Assembly: GCF_009914755.1 (NCBI RefSeq)
Contig: NC_060938.1
Strand: one strand, 5' to 3'
DNA from: the human T2T-CHM13v2.0 reference genome, Homo sapiens
DNA length: 64,000 nt
A program made the translations under genes and the position numbers. Below, piece after piece: positions 24,001 to 36,339 of the stretch (positions are counted from its first letter, which is position 1; every line of letters starts with the position of its first letter). The notes beneath the pieces were generated by a model. It was not told where the DNA came from. It did not search any database and saw nothing but the letters and a program-made list of their open reading frames with translations.

Positions 24001-27000
24001 TAGAAAGGGATAGGCCTGAAGAACAGAGGTCGCTGCATTTAGAAAGGAGGCGGGGTCAGAGGAATAGAAAGGGACAGGGCTGAAGAACACAGGTCGCTGC
24101 ATTTAGAAAGGAGGCGGGGTCAGAGGAATAGAAAGGGATAGGGCTGAAGAACACAGGTCGCTGCATTTAGAAAGGAGGCGGGGTCAGAGGAATAGAAAGG
24201 GATAGGCCTGAAGAACAGAGGTCGCTGCATTTAGAAAGGAGGCGGGGTCAGAGGAATAGAAAGGGACAGGGCTGAAGAACACAGGTCGCTGCATTTAGAA
24301 AGGAGGCGGGGTCAGAGGAATAGAAAGGGACAGGGCTGAAGAACACAGGTCGCTGCATTTAGAAAGGAGGCGGGGTCAGAGGAATAGAAAGGGACAGGGC
24401 TGAAGAACACAGGTCGCTGCATTTAGAAAGGAGGCGGGGTCAGAGGAATAGAAAGGGATAGGACTGAAGAACAGAGGTCGCTGCATTTAGAAAGGAGGCG
24501 GGGTCAGAGGAATAGAAAGGGACAGGGCTGAAGAACACAGGTCGCTGCATTTAGAAAGGAGGCGGGGTCAGAGGAATAGAAAGGGACAGGGCTGAAGAAC
24601 ACAGGTCGCTGCATTTAGAAAGGAGGCGGGGTCAGAGGAATAGAAAGGGACAGGACTGAAGAACACAGGTCGCTGCATTTAGAAAGGAGGCGGGGTCAGA
24701 GGAATAGAAAGGGACAGGGCTGAAGAACACAGGTCGCTGCATTTAGAAAGGAGGCGGGGTCAGAGGAATAGAAAGGGACAGGGCTGAAGAACAGAGGTCG
24801 CTGCATTTAGAAAGGAGGCGGGGTCAGAGGAATAGAAAGGGACAGGGCTGAAGAACACAGGTCGCTGCATTTAGAAAGGAGGCGGGGTCAGAGGAATAGA
24901 AAGGGACAGGGCTGAAGAACACAGGTCGCTGCATTTAGAAAGGAGGCGGGGTCAGAGGAATAGAAAGGGACAGGGCTGAAGAACACAGGTCGCTGCATTT
25001 AGAAAGGAGGCGGGGTCAGAGGAATAGAAAGGGACAGGGCTGAAGAACACAGGTCGCTGCATTTAGAAAGGAGGCGGGGTCAGAGGAATAGAAAGGGATA
25101 GGACTGAAGAACACAGGTCGCTGCATTTAGAAAGGAGGCGGGGTCAGAGGAATAGAAAGGGATAGGCCTGAAGAACACAGGTCGCTGCATTTAGAAAGGA
25201 GGCGGGGTCAGAGGAATAGAAAGGGATAGGGCTGAAGAACAGAGGTCGCTGCATTTAGAAAGGAGGCGGGGTCAGTAGAATAGAAAGGGACAGGACAGAA
25301 GAACACAGGTCGCTGCATTTAGAAAGGAGGCGGGGTCAGAGGAATAGAAAGGGATAGGGCTGAAGAACAGAGGTCGCTGCATTTAGAAAGGAGGCGGGGT
25401 CAGAGGAATAGAAAGGGACAGGGCTGAAGAACACAGGTCGCTGCATTTAGAAAGGAGGCGGGGTCAGAGGAGTAGAAAGGGATGGGGCTGAAGAACAGAG
25501 GTCGCTGCATTTAGAAAGGAGGCGGGGTCAGAGTAATAGAAAGGGATGGGGCTGAAGAACAGAGGTCGCTGCATTTAGAAAGGAGGCGGGGTCAGAGGAA
25601 TAGAAAGGGACAGGGCTGAAGAACAGAGGTCGGTGCATTTAGAAAGGAGGCGGGGTCAGAGGAATAGAAAGGGACAGGGCTGAAGAACACAGGTCGCTGC
25701 ATTTAGAAAGGAGGCGGGGTCAGAGGAATAGAAAGGGATAGGCCTGAAGAACACAGGTCGCTGCATTTAGAAAGGAGGCGGGGTTAGAGGAATAGAAAGG
25801 GACAGGGCTGAAGAACAGAGGTCGCTGCATTTAGAAAGGAGGCGGGGTCAGAGGAATAGAAAGGGATAGGGCTGAAGAACAGAGGTCGCTTCATTTAGAA
25901 ACGAGGCGGGGTCAGAGGAATAGAAAGGGATAGGACTGAAGAACACAGGTCGCTGCATTTAGAAAGGAGGCGGGGTCAGAGGAATAGAAAGGGATAGGCC
26001 TGAAGAACACAGGTCGCTGCATTTAGAAAGGAGGCGGGGTCAGAGGAATAGAAAGGGACAGAGCTGAAGAACAGAGGTCGCTGCATTTAGAAAGGAGGCG
26101 GGGTCAGAGGAATAGAAAGGGACAGGACAGAAGAACACAGGTCGCTGCATTTAGAAAGGAGGCGGGGTCAGAGGAACAGAAAGGGATAGGGCTGAAGAAC
26201 AGAGGTCGCTGCATTTAGAAAGGAGGCGGGGTCAGAGGAATAGAAAGGGATAGGGCTGAAAAACACAGGTCGCTGCATTTAGAAAGGAGGCGGGGTCAGA
26301 GGAATAGAAAGGGATAGGGCTGAAAAACACAGGTCGCTGCATTTAGAAAGGAGGCGGGGTCAGAGGAATAGAAAGGGATAGGGCTGAAAAACACAGGTCG
26401 CTGCATTTAGAAAGGAGGCGGGGTCAGAGGAATAGAAAGGGATAGGGCTGAAAAACACAGGTCGCTGCATTTAGAAAGGAGGCGGGGTCAGAGGAATAGA
26501 AAGGGACAGGGCTGAAGAACACAGGTCGCTGCATTTAGAAAGGAGGCGGGGTCAGAGGAATAGAAAGGGATAGGGCTGAAAAACACAGGTCGCTGCATTT
26601 AGAAAGGAGGCGGGGTCAGAGGAATAGAAAGGGACAGGGCTGAAGAACACAGGTCGCTGCATTTAGAAAGGAGGCGGGGTCAGAGGAATAGAAAGGGATG
26701 GGGCTGAAGAACAGAGGTCGCTGCATTTAGAAAGGAGGCGGGGTCAGAGGAATAGAAAGGGACGGGGCTGAAGAACACAGGTCGCTGCATTTAGAAAGGA
26801 GGCGGGGTCAGAGGAATAGAAAGGGACAGGGCTGAAGAACACAGGTCGCTGCATTTAGAAAGGAGGCGGGGTCAGAGGAATAGAAAGAGACAGGGCTGAA
26901 GAACACAGGTCGCTGCATTTAGAAAGGAGGCGGGGTCAGAGGAACAGAAAGGGATAGGGCTGAAGAACAGAGGTCGCTGCATTTAGAAAGGAGGCGGGGT

Positions 27001-27409
27001 CAGTAGAATAGAAAGGGACAGGACAGAAGAACACAGGTCGCTGCATTTAGAAAGGAGGCGGGGTCAGAGGAATAGAAAGGGATAGGGCTGAAGAACACAG
27101 GTCGCTGCATTTAGAAAGGAGGCGGGGTCAGAGGAATAGAAAGGGATAGGGCTGAAAAACACAGGTCGCTGCATTTAGAAAGGAGGCGGGGTCAGAGGAA
27201 TAGAAAGGGACAGGGCTGAAGAACACAGGTCGCTGCATTTAGAAAGGAGGCGGGGTCAGAGGAATAGAAAGGGATGGGGCTGAAGAACAGAGGTCGCTGC
27301 ATTTAGAAAGGAGGCGGGGTCAGAGGAATAGAAAGGGACGGGGCTGAAGAACACAGGTCGCTGCATTTAGAAAGGAGGCGGGGTCAGAGGAATAGAAAGG
27401 GACAGGGCT

Positions 27410-30400
27410 GAAGAACACAGGTCGCTGCATTTAGAAAGGAGGCGGGGTCAGAGGAATAGAAAGAGACAGGGCTGAAGAACACAGGTCGCTGCATTTAGAA
27501 AGGAGGCGGGGTCAGAGGAATAGAAAGGGACAGGGCTGAAGAACACAGGTCGCTGCATTTAGAAAGGAGGCGGGGTCAGAGGAATAGAAAGGGATAGAGC
27601 TGAAGAACAGAGGTCGCTGCATTTAGAAAGGAGGCGGGGTCAGAGGAATAGAAAGGGACAGGGCTGAAGAACACAGGTCGCTGCATTTAGAAAGGAGGCG
27701 GGGTCAGAGGAATAGAAAGGGACAGGGCTGAAGAACACAGGTCGCTGCATTTAGAAAGGAGGCGGGGTCAGAGGAATAGAAAGGGATAGGGCTGAAGAAC
27801 ACAGGTCGCTGCATTTAGAAAGGAGGCGGGGTCAGAGGAATAGAAACGGATAGGGCTGAAAAACAGAGGTCGCTGCATTTAGAAAGGAGGCGGGGTCAGA
27901 GGAATAGAAAGGGATAGGGCTGAAGAACACAGGTCGCTGCATTTAGAAAGGAAGCGGGGTCAGAGGAATAGAAAGGGACAGGGCTGAAGAACACACGTCG
28001 CTGCATTTAGAAAGGAGGCGGGGTCAGAGGAATAGAAAGGGATAGGGCTGAAGAACAGAGGTCGCTGCATTTAGAAAGGAGGCGGGGTCAGAGGAATAGA
28101 AAGGGATAGGCCTGAAGAACACAGGTCGCTGCATTTAGAAAGGAGGCGGGGTCAGAGGAATAGAAAGGGATAGGGCTGAAGAACAGAGGTCGCTGCATTT
28201 AGAAAGGAGGCGGGGTCAGAGGAATAGAAAGGGACAGGGCCTGAAGAACACAGGTCGCTGCATTTAGAAAGGAGGCGGGGTCAGAGGAATAGAAAGGGAT
28301 AAGGCTGAAGAACACAGGTCGCTGCATTTAGAAAGGAGGCGGGGTCAGAGGAATAGAAAGGGATAGGGCTGAAGAACACAGGTCGCTGCATTTAGAAAGG
28401 AGGCGGGGTCAGAGGAATAGAAAGGGATAGGGCTGAAGAACACAGGTCGCTGCATTTAGAAAGGAGGCGGGGTCAGAGGAATAGAAAGGGATAGGGCTGA
28501 AGAACACAGGTCGCTGCATTTAGAAAGGAGGCGGGGTTAGAGGAATAGAAAGGGACAGGGCTGAAGAACACAGGTCGATGCATTTAGAAAGGAGGCGGGG
28601 TCAGAGGAATAGAAAGGGACAGGGCTGAAGAACACAGGTCGCTGCATTTAGAAAGGAGGCGGGGTCAGAGGAATAGAAAGGGACACGGCTGAAGAACACA
28701 GGTCGCTGCATTTAGAAAGGAGGCGGGGTCAGAGGAATAGAAAGGGATAGGCCTGAAGAACACAGGTCGCTGCATTTAGAAAGGAGGCGGGGTCAGAGGA
28801 ATAGAAAGGGATAGGGCTGAAGAACACAGGTCGCTGCATTTAGAAAGGAGGCGGGGTCAGAGGAATAGAAAGGGATAGGGCTGAAGAACACAGGTCGCTG
28901 CATTTAGAAAGGAGGCGGGGTTAGAGGAATAGAAAGGGACAGGGCTGAAGAACACAGGTCGCTGCATTTAGAAAGGAGGCGGGGTCAGAGGAATAGAAAG
29001 GGACAGGGCTGAAGAACACAGGTCGCTGCATTTAGAAAGGAGGCGGGGTCAGAGGAATAGAAAGGGACAGGGCTGAAGAACACAGGTCGCTGCATTTAGA
29101 AAGGAGGCGGGGTCAGAGGAATAGAAAGGGACAGGGCTGAAGAACACAGGTCGCTGCATTTAGAAAGGAGGCGGGGTCAGAGGAATAGAAAGGGACAGGG
29201 CTGAAGAACACAGGTCGCTGCATTTAGAAAGGAGGCGGGGTCAGAGGAATAGAAAGGGATAGGCCTGAAGAACACAGGTCGCTGCATTTAGAAAGGAGGC
29301 GGGGTCAGAGGAATAGAAAGGGACAGGGCTGAAGAACACAGGTCGCTGCATTTAGAAAGGAGGCGGGGTCAGAGGAATAGAAAGGGACAGGGCTGAAGAA
29401 CACAGGTCGCTGCATTTAGAAAGGAGGCGGGGTCAGAGGAATAGAAAGGGATAGGCCTGAAGAACACAGGTCGCTGCATTTAAAAAGGAGGCGGGGTCAG
29501 AGGAATAGAAAGGGATAGGGCTGAAGAACAGAGGTCGCTGCATTTAGAAAGGAGGCGGGGTCAGAGGAATAGAAAGGGATAGGCCTGAAGAACACAGGTC
29601 GCTGCATTTAGAAAGGAGGCGGGGTCAGAGGAATAGAATGGGATAGGACTGAAGAACAGAGGTCGCTGCATTTAGAAAGGAGGCGGGGTCAGAGGAATAG
29701 AAAGGGACAGGGCTGAAGAACACAGGTCGCTGCATTTAGAAAGGAGGCGGGGTCAGAGGAATAGAAAGGGACAGGACTGAAGAACACAGGTCGCTGCATT
29801 TAGAAAGTAGGCGGGGTCAGAGGAATAGAAAGGGACAGGGCTGAAGAACACAGGTCGCTGCATTTAGAAAGGAGGCGGGGTCAGAGGAATAGAAAGGGAC
29901 AGGGCTGAAGAACAGAGGTCGCTGCATTTAGAAAGGAGGCGGGGTCAGAGGAATAGAAAGGGACAGGGCTGAAGAACACAGGTCGCTGCATTTAGAAAGG
30001 AGGCGGGGTCAGAGGAATAGAAAGGGACAGGGCTGAAGAACACAGGTCGCTGCATTTAGAAAGGAGGCGGGGTCAGAGGAATAGAAAGGGACAGGGCTGA
30101 AGAACACAGGTCGCTGCATTTAGAAAGGAGGCGGGGTCAGAGGAATAGAAAGGGACAGGGCTGAAGAACACAGGTCGCTGCATTTAGAAAGGAGGCGGGG
30201 TCAGAGGAATAGAAAGGGACAGGGCTGAAGAACAGAGGTCGCTGCATTTAGAAAGGAGGCGGGGTCAGAGGAATAGAAAGGGACAGGGCTGAAGAACAGA
30301 GGTCGCTGCATTTAGAAAGGAGGCGGTGTCAGAGGAATAGAAAGGGATAGGACTGAAGAACACAGGTCGCTGCATTTAGAAAGGAGGCGGGGTCAGAGGA

Positions 30401-33400
30401 ATAGAAAGGGATAGGCCTGAAGAACACAGGTCGCTGCATTTAGAAAGGAGGGGGTTCAGAGGAATAGAAAGGGACAGGGCTGAAGAACAGAGGTCGCTGC
30501 ATTTAGAAAGGAGGCGGGGTCAGAGGAATAGAAAGGGTCAGGGCTGAAGAACACAGGTCGCTGCATTTAGAAAGGAGGCGGGGTCAGAGGAATAGAAAGG
30601 GATAGGCCTGAAGAACACAGGTCGCTGCATTTAGAAAGGAGGCGGGGTCAGAGGAATAGAAAGGTACAGGGCTGAAGAACAGAGGTCGCTGCATTTAGAA
30701 AGGAGGCGGGGTCAGAGGAATAGAAAGGGACAGGGCTGAAGAACAGAGGTCGCTGCATTTAGAAAGGAGGCGGGTTCAGAGGAATAGAAAGGGACAGGAC
30801 AGAAGAACACAGGTCGCTGCATTTAGAAAGGAGGCGGGGTCAGAGGAATAGAAAGGGACAGGGCTGAAGAACACAGGTCGCTGCATTTAGAAAGGAGGCG
30901 GGGTCAGAGGAATAGAAAGGGACAGGGCTGAAGAACACAGGTCGCTGCATTTAGAAAGGAGGCGGGGTCAGAGGAATAGAAAGGGACAGGGCTGAAGAAC
31001 ACAGGTCGCTGCATTTAGAAAGGAGGCGGGGTCAGAGGAATAGAAAGGGACAGGGCTGAAGAACAGAGGTCGCTGCATTTAGAAAGGAGGCGGGGTCAGA
31101 GGAATAGAAAGGGATAGGCCTGAAGAACAGAGGTCGCTGCATTTAGAAAGGAGGCGGGGTCAGAGGAATAGAAAGGGATAGGGATGAAGAACACAGGTCG
31201 CTGCATTTAGAAAGGAGGCGGGGTCACAGGAATAGAAAGGGATAGGGATGAAGAACAGAGGTCGCTGCATTTAGAAAGGAGGCGCGGTCAGAGGAATAGA
31301 AAGGGATAGGGATGAAGAACAGAGGTCGCTGCATTTAGAAAGGAGGCGGGGTCAGAGGAATAGAAAGGGATAGGCCTGAAGAACAGAGGTCGCTGCATTT
31401 AGAAAGGAGGCGGGGTCAGAGGAATAGAAAGGGACAGGGCTGAAGAACACAGGTCGCTGCATTTAGAAAGGAGGCGGGGTCAGAGGAATAGAAAGGGATA
31501 GGGCTGAAGAACACAGGTCGCTGCATTTAGAAAGGAGGCGGGGTCAGAGGAATAGAAAGGGACAGGGCTGAAGAACACAGGTCGCTGCATTTAGAAAGGA
31601 GGCGGAGTCAGAGGAATAGAAAGGGATAGGACTGAAGAACAGAGGTCGCTGCATTTAGAAAGGAGGCGGGGTCAGAGGAATAGAAAGGGACAGGGCTGAA
31701 GAACACAGGTCGCTGCATTTAGAAAGGAGGCGGGGTCAGAGGAATAGAAAGGGACAGGGCTGAAGAACACAGGTCGCTGCATTTAGAAAGGAGGCGGGGT
31801 CAGAGGAATAGAAAGGGACAGGACTGAAGAACACAGGTCGCTGCATTTAGAAAGGAGGCGGGGTCAGAGGAATAGAAAGGGACAGGGCTGAAGAACACAG
31901 GTCGCTGCATTTAGAAAGGAGGCGGGGTCAGAGGAATAGAAAGGGACAGGGCTGAAGAACAGAGGTCGCTGCATTTAGAAAGGAGGCGGGGTCAGAGGAA
32001 TAGAAAGGGACAGGGCTGAAGAACACAGGTCGCTGCATTTAGAAAGGAGGCGGGGTCAGAGGAATAGAAAGGGACAGGGCTGAAGAACACAGGTCACTGC
32101 ATTTAGAAAGGAGGCGGGGTCAGAGGAATAGAAAGGGACAGGGCTGAAGAACACAGGTCGCTGCATTTAGAAAGGAGGCGGGGTCAGAGGAATAGAAAGG
32201 GACAGGGCTGAAGAACACAGGTCGCTGCATTTAGAAAGGAGGCGGGGTCAGAGGAATAGAAAGGGACAGGGCTGAAGAACACAGGTCGCTGCATTTAGAA
32301 AGGAGGCGGGCTCAGAGGAATAGAAAGGGATAGGACTGAAGAACACAGGTCGCTGCATTTAGAAAGGAGGCGGGGTCAGAGGAATAGAAAGGGATAGGAC
32401 AGAAGAACACAGGTCGCTGCATTTAGAAAGGAGGCGGGGTCAGAGGAATAGAAAGGGATGGGGCTGAAGAACAGAGGTCGCTGCATTTAGAAAGGAGGCG
32501 GGGTCAGAGGAATAGAAAGGGATAGGGCTGAAGAACACAGGTCGCTGCCTTTAGAAAGGAGGCGGGGTCAGAGGAATAGAAAGGGATAGGGCTGAAGAAC
32601 AGAGGTCGCTTCATTTAGAAAGGAGGCGGGGTCAGAGGAATAGAAAGGGACAGGGCTGAAGAACAGAGGTCGCTGCATTTAGAAAGGAGGCGGGGTCAGA
32701 GGAATAGAAAGGGACAGGGCTGAATAACAGAGGTCGCTGCATTTAGAAAGGAGGCGGGGTCAGAGGAATAGAAAGGGACAGGGCTGAAGAACACAGGTCG
32801 CTGCATTTAGAAAGGAGGCGGGGTCAGAGGAATAGAAAGGGACAGGGCTGAAGAACAGAGGTCGCTGCATTTAGAAAGGAGGCGGGGTCAGAGGAATAGA
32901 AAGGGATAGGGCTGAAGAACACAGGTCGCTGCATTTAGAAAGGAGGCGGGGTCAGAGGAATAGAAAGGGATAGGGCTGAAGAACAGAGGTCGCTTCATTT
33001 AGAAACGAGGCGGGGTCAGAGGAATAGAAAGGGATAGGACTGAAGAACACAGGTCGCTGCATTTAGAAAGGAGGCGGGGTCAGAGGAATAGAAAGGGATA
33101 GGCCTGAAGAACACAGGTCGCTGCATTTAGAAAGGAGGCGGGGTCAGAGGAATAGAAAGGGACAGGGCTGAAGAACAGAGGTCGCTGCATTTAGAAAGGA
33201 GGCGGGGTCAGAGGAATAGAAAGGGACAGGACAGAAGAACACAGGTCGCTGCATGTAGAAAGGAGGCGGGGTCAGAGGAATAGAAAGGGATAGGGCTGAA
33301 GAACACAGGTCGCTGCATTTAGAAAGGACGCGGGGTCAGAGGAATAGAAAGGGACAGGACAGAAGAACACAGGTCGCTGCATTTAGAAAGGAGGCGGGGT

Positions 33401-34565
33401 CAGAGGAATAGAAAGGGACAGGGCTGAAGAACACAGGTCGCTGCATTTAGAAAGGAGGCGGGGTCAGAGGAATAGAAAGGGACAGGACAGAAGAACACAG
33501 GTCGCTGCATTTAGAAAGGAGGCGGGGTCAGAGGAATAGAAAGGGATAGGGCTGAAGAACAGAGGTCGCTGCATTTAGAAAGGAGGCGGGGTCAGAGGAA
33601 TAGAAAGGGATAGGGCTGAAGAACACAGGTCGCTGCATTTAGAAAGGAGGCGGGGTCAGAGGAATAGAAAGGGACAGGGCTGAAGAACACAGGTCGCTGC
33701 ATTTAGAAAGGAGGCGGGGTCAGAGGAATAGAAAGGGATAGGGGTGAAGAACAGAGGTCACTGCATTTAGAAAGGAGGCGGGGTTAGAGGAATAGAAAGG
33801 GACAGGGCTGAAGAACACAGGTCGCTGCATTTAGAAAGGAGGCGGGGTCAGAGGAATAGAAAGGGACAGGGCTGAAGAACACAGGTCGCTGCATTTAGAA
33901 AGGAGGCGGGGTCAGAGGAATAGAAAGGTACAGGGCTGAAGAACACAGGTCGCTGCATTTAGAAAGGAGGCGGGGTCAGAGGAATAGAAAGGGACAGGGC
34001 TGAAGAACACAGGTCGCTGCATTTAGAAAGGAGGCGGGGTCAGAGGAATAGAAAGGGACAGGGCTGAAGAACACAGGTCACTGCATTTAGAAAGGAGGCG
34101 GGGTCAGAGGAATAGAAAGGGATAGGGCTGAAGAACAGAGGTCGCTGCATTTAGAAAGGAGGCGGGGTCAGTAGAATAGAAAGGGAGAGGACAGAAGAAC
34201 ACAGGTCGCTGCATTTAGAAAGGAGGCGGGGTCAGAGGAATAGAAAGGGATAGGGCTGAAGAACACAGGTCGCTGCATTTAGAAAGGAGGCGGGGTCAGA
34301 GGAATAGAAAGGGATAGGGCTGAAGAACACAGGTCGCTGCATTTAGAAAGGAGGCGGGGTCAGAGGAATAGAAAGGGACAGGGCTGAAGAACACAGGTCG
34401 CTGCATTTAGAAAGGAGGCGGGGTCAGAGGAATAGAAAGGGATGGGGCTGAAGAACACAGGTCGCTGCATTTAGAAAGGAGGCGGGGTCAGAGGAATAGA
34501 AAGGGATGGGGCTGAAGAACAGAGGTCGCTGCATTTAGAAAGGAGGCGGGGTCAGAGGAATAGAA
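27410..34565 (+). repeat. Copy 1 of a large intra-array duplication (>=7.1 kb)
   Basis: An ordered series of rare variants is shared with 56781-64000: AAGAGAC 27464, +C 28241, GTCGATG 28578, GACACGG 28686, TTTAAAA 29483, GGGGTTC ~30455, GCATGTAG 33255, GGGAGAGG 34187. Confidence 0.95.
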
Positions 34566-36339
34566 AGGGACAGGGCTGAAGAACACAGGTCGCTGCATTT
34601 AGAAAGGAGGCGGGGTCAGAGGAATAGAAAGGGACAGGGCTGAAGAACACAGGTCGCTGCATTTAGAAAGGATGCGGGGTCAGAGGAATAGAAAGGGACA
34701 GGGCTGAAGAACAGAGGTCGCTGCATTTAGAAAGGAGGCGGGGTCAGAGGAATAGAAAGGGACAGGGCTGAAGAACAGAGGTCGCTGCATTTAGAAAGGA
34801 GGCGGGGTCAGAGGAATAGAAAGGGATAGGCCTGAAGAACACAGGTCGCTGCATTTAGAAAGGAGGCGGGGTCAGAGGAATAGAAAGGGACAGGGCTGAA
34901 GAACACAGGTCGCTGCATTTAGAAAGGAGGCGGGGTCAGAGGAATAGAAAGGGATAGGGCTGAAGAACAGAGGTCGCTTCATTTAGAAAGGAGGCGGGGT
35001 CAGAGGAATAGAAAGGGATGGGGCTGAAGAACAGAGGTCGCTGCATTTAGAAAGGAGGCGGGGTCAGTAGAATAGAAAGGGACAGGACAGAAGAACACAG
35101 GTCGCTGCATTTAGAAAGGAGGCGGGGTCAGAGGAATAGAAAGGGACAGGGCTGAAGAACACAGGTCGCTGCATTTAGAAAGGAGGCGGGGTCAGAGGAA
35201 TAGAAAGGGACAGGGCTGAAGAACACAGGTCGCTGCATTTAGAAAGGAGGCGGGGTCAGAGGAATAGAAAGGGAGGGGGCTGAAGAACAGAGGTCGCTGC
35301 ATTTAGAAAGGAGGCGGGGTCAGAGGAATGGAAAGGGACGGGGCTGAAGAACAGAGGTCGCTGCATTTAGAAAGGAGGCGGGGTCAGAGGAATAGAAAGG
35401 GACGGGGCTGAAGAACACAGGTCGCTGCATTTAGAAAGGAGGCGGGGTCAGAGGAATAGAAAGGGATAGGGCTGAAGAACACAGGTCGCTGCATTTAGAA
35501 AGGAGGCGGGGTTAGAGGAATAGAAAGGGACAGGGCTGAAGAACAGAGGTCGCTGCATTTAGAAAGGAGGCGGGGTCAGAGGAATAGAAAGGGATAGGCC
35601 TGAAGAACAGAGGTCGCTGCATTTAGAAAGGAGGCGGGGTCAGAGGAATAGAAAGGGACAGGGCTGAAGAACACAGGTCGCTGCATTTAGAAAGGAGGCG
35701 GGGTCAGAGGAATAGAAAGGGACAGGGCTGAAGAACAGAGGTCGCTGCATTTAGAAAGGAGGCGGGGTCAGAGGAATAGAAAGGGATAGGGCTGAAGAAC
35801 ACAGGTCGCTGCATTTAGAAAGGAGGCGCGGTCAGAGGAATAGAAAGGGACAGGGATGAAGAACACAGGTCGCTGCATTTAGAAAGGAGGCGGGGTCAGA
35901 GGAATAGAAAGGGATAGGGCTGAAGAACACAGGTCGCTGCATTTAGAAAGGAGGCGGGGTCAGAGGAATAGAAAGGGACAGGGCTGAAGAACACAGGTCG
36001 CTGCATTTAGAAAGGAGGCGGGGTCAGAGGAATAGAAAGGGATGGGGCTGAAGAACAGAGGTCGCTGCATTTAGAAAGGAGGCGGGGTCAGAGGAATGGA
36101 AAGGGACGGGGCTGAAGAACAGAGGTCGCTGCATTTAGAAAGGAGGCGGGGTCAGAGGAATAGAAAGGGACAGGGCTGAAGAACACAGGTCGCTGCATTT
36201 AGAAAGGAGGCGGGGTCAGAGGAATAGAAAGGGATAGGGCTGAAGAACAGAGGTCGCTGCATTTAGAAAGGAGGCGGGGTTAGAGGAATAGAAAGGGACA
36301 GGGCTGAAGAACACAGGTCGCTGCATTTAGAAAGGAGGC

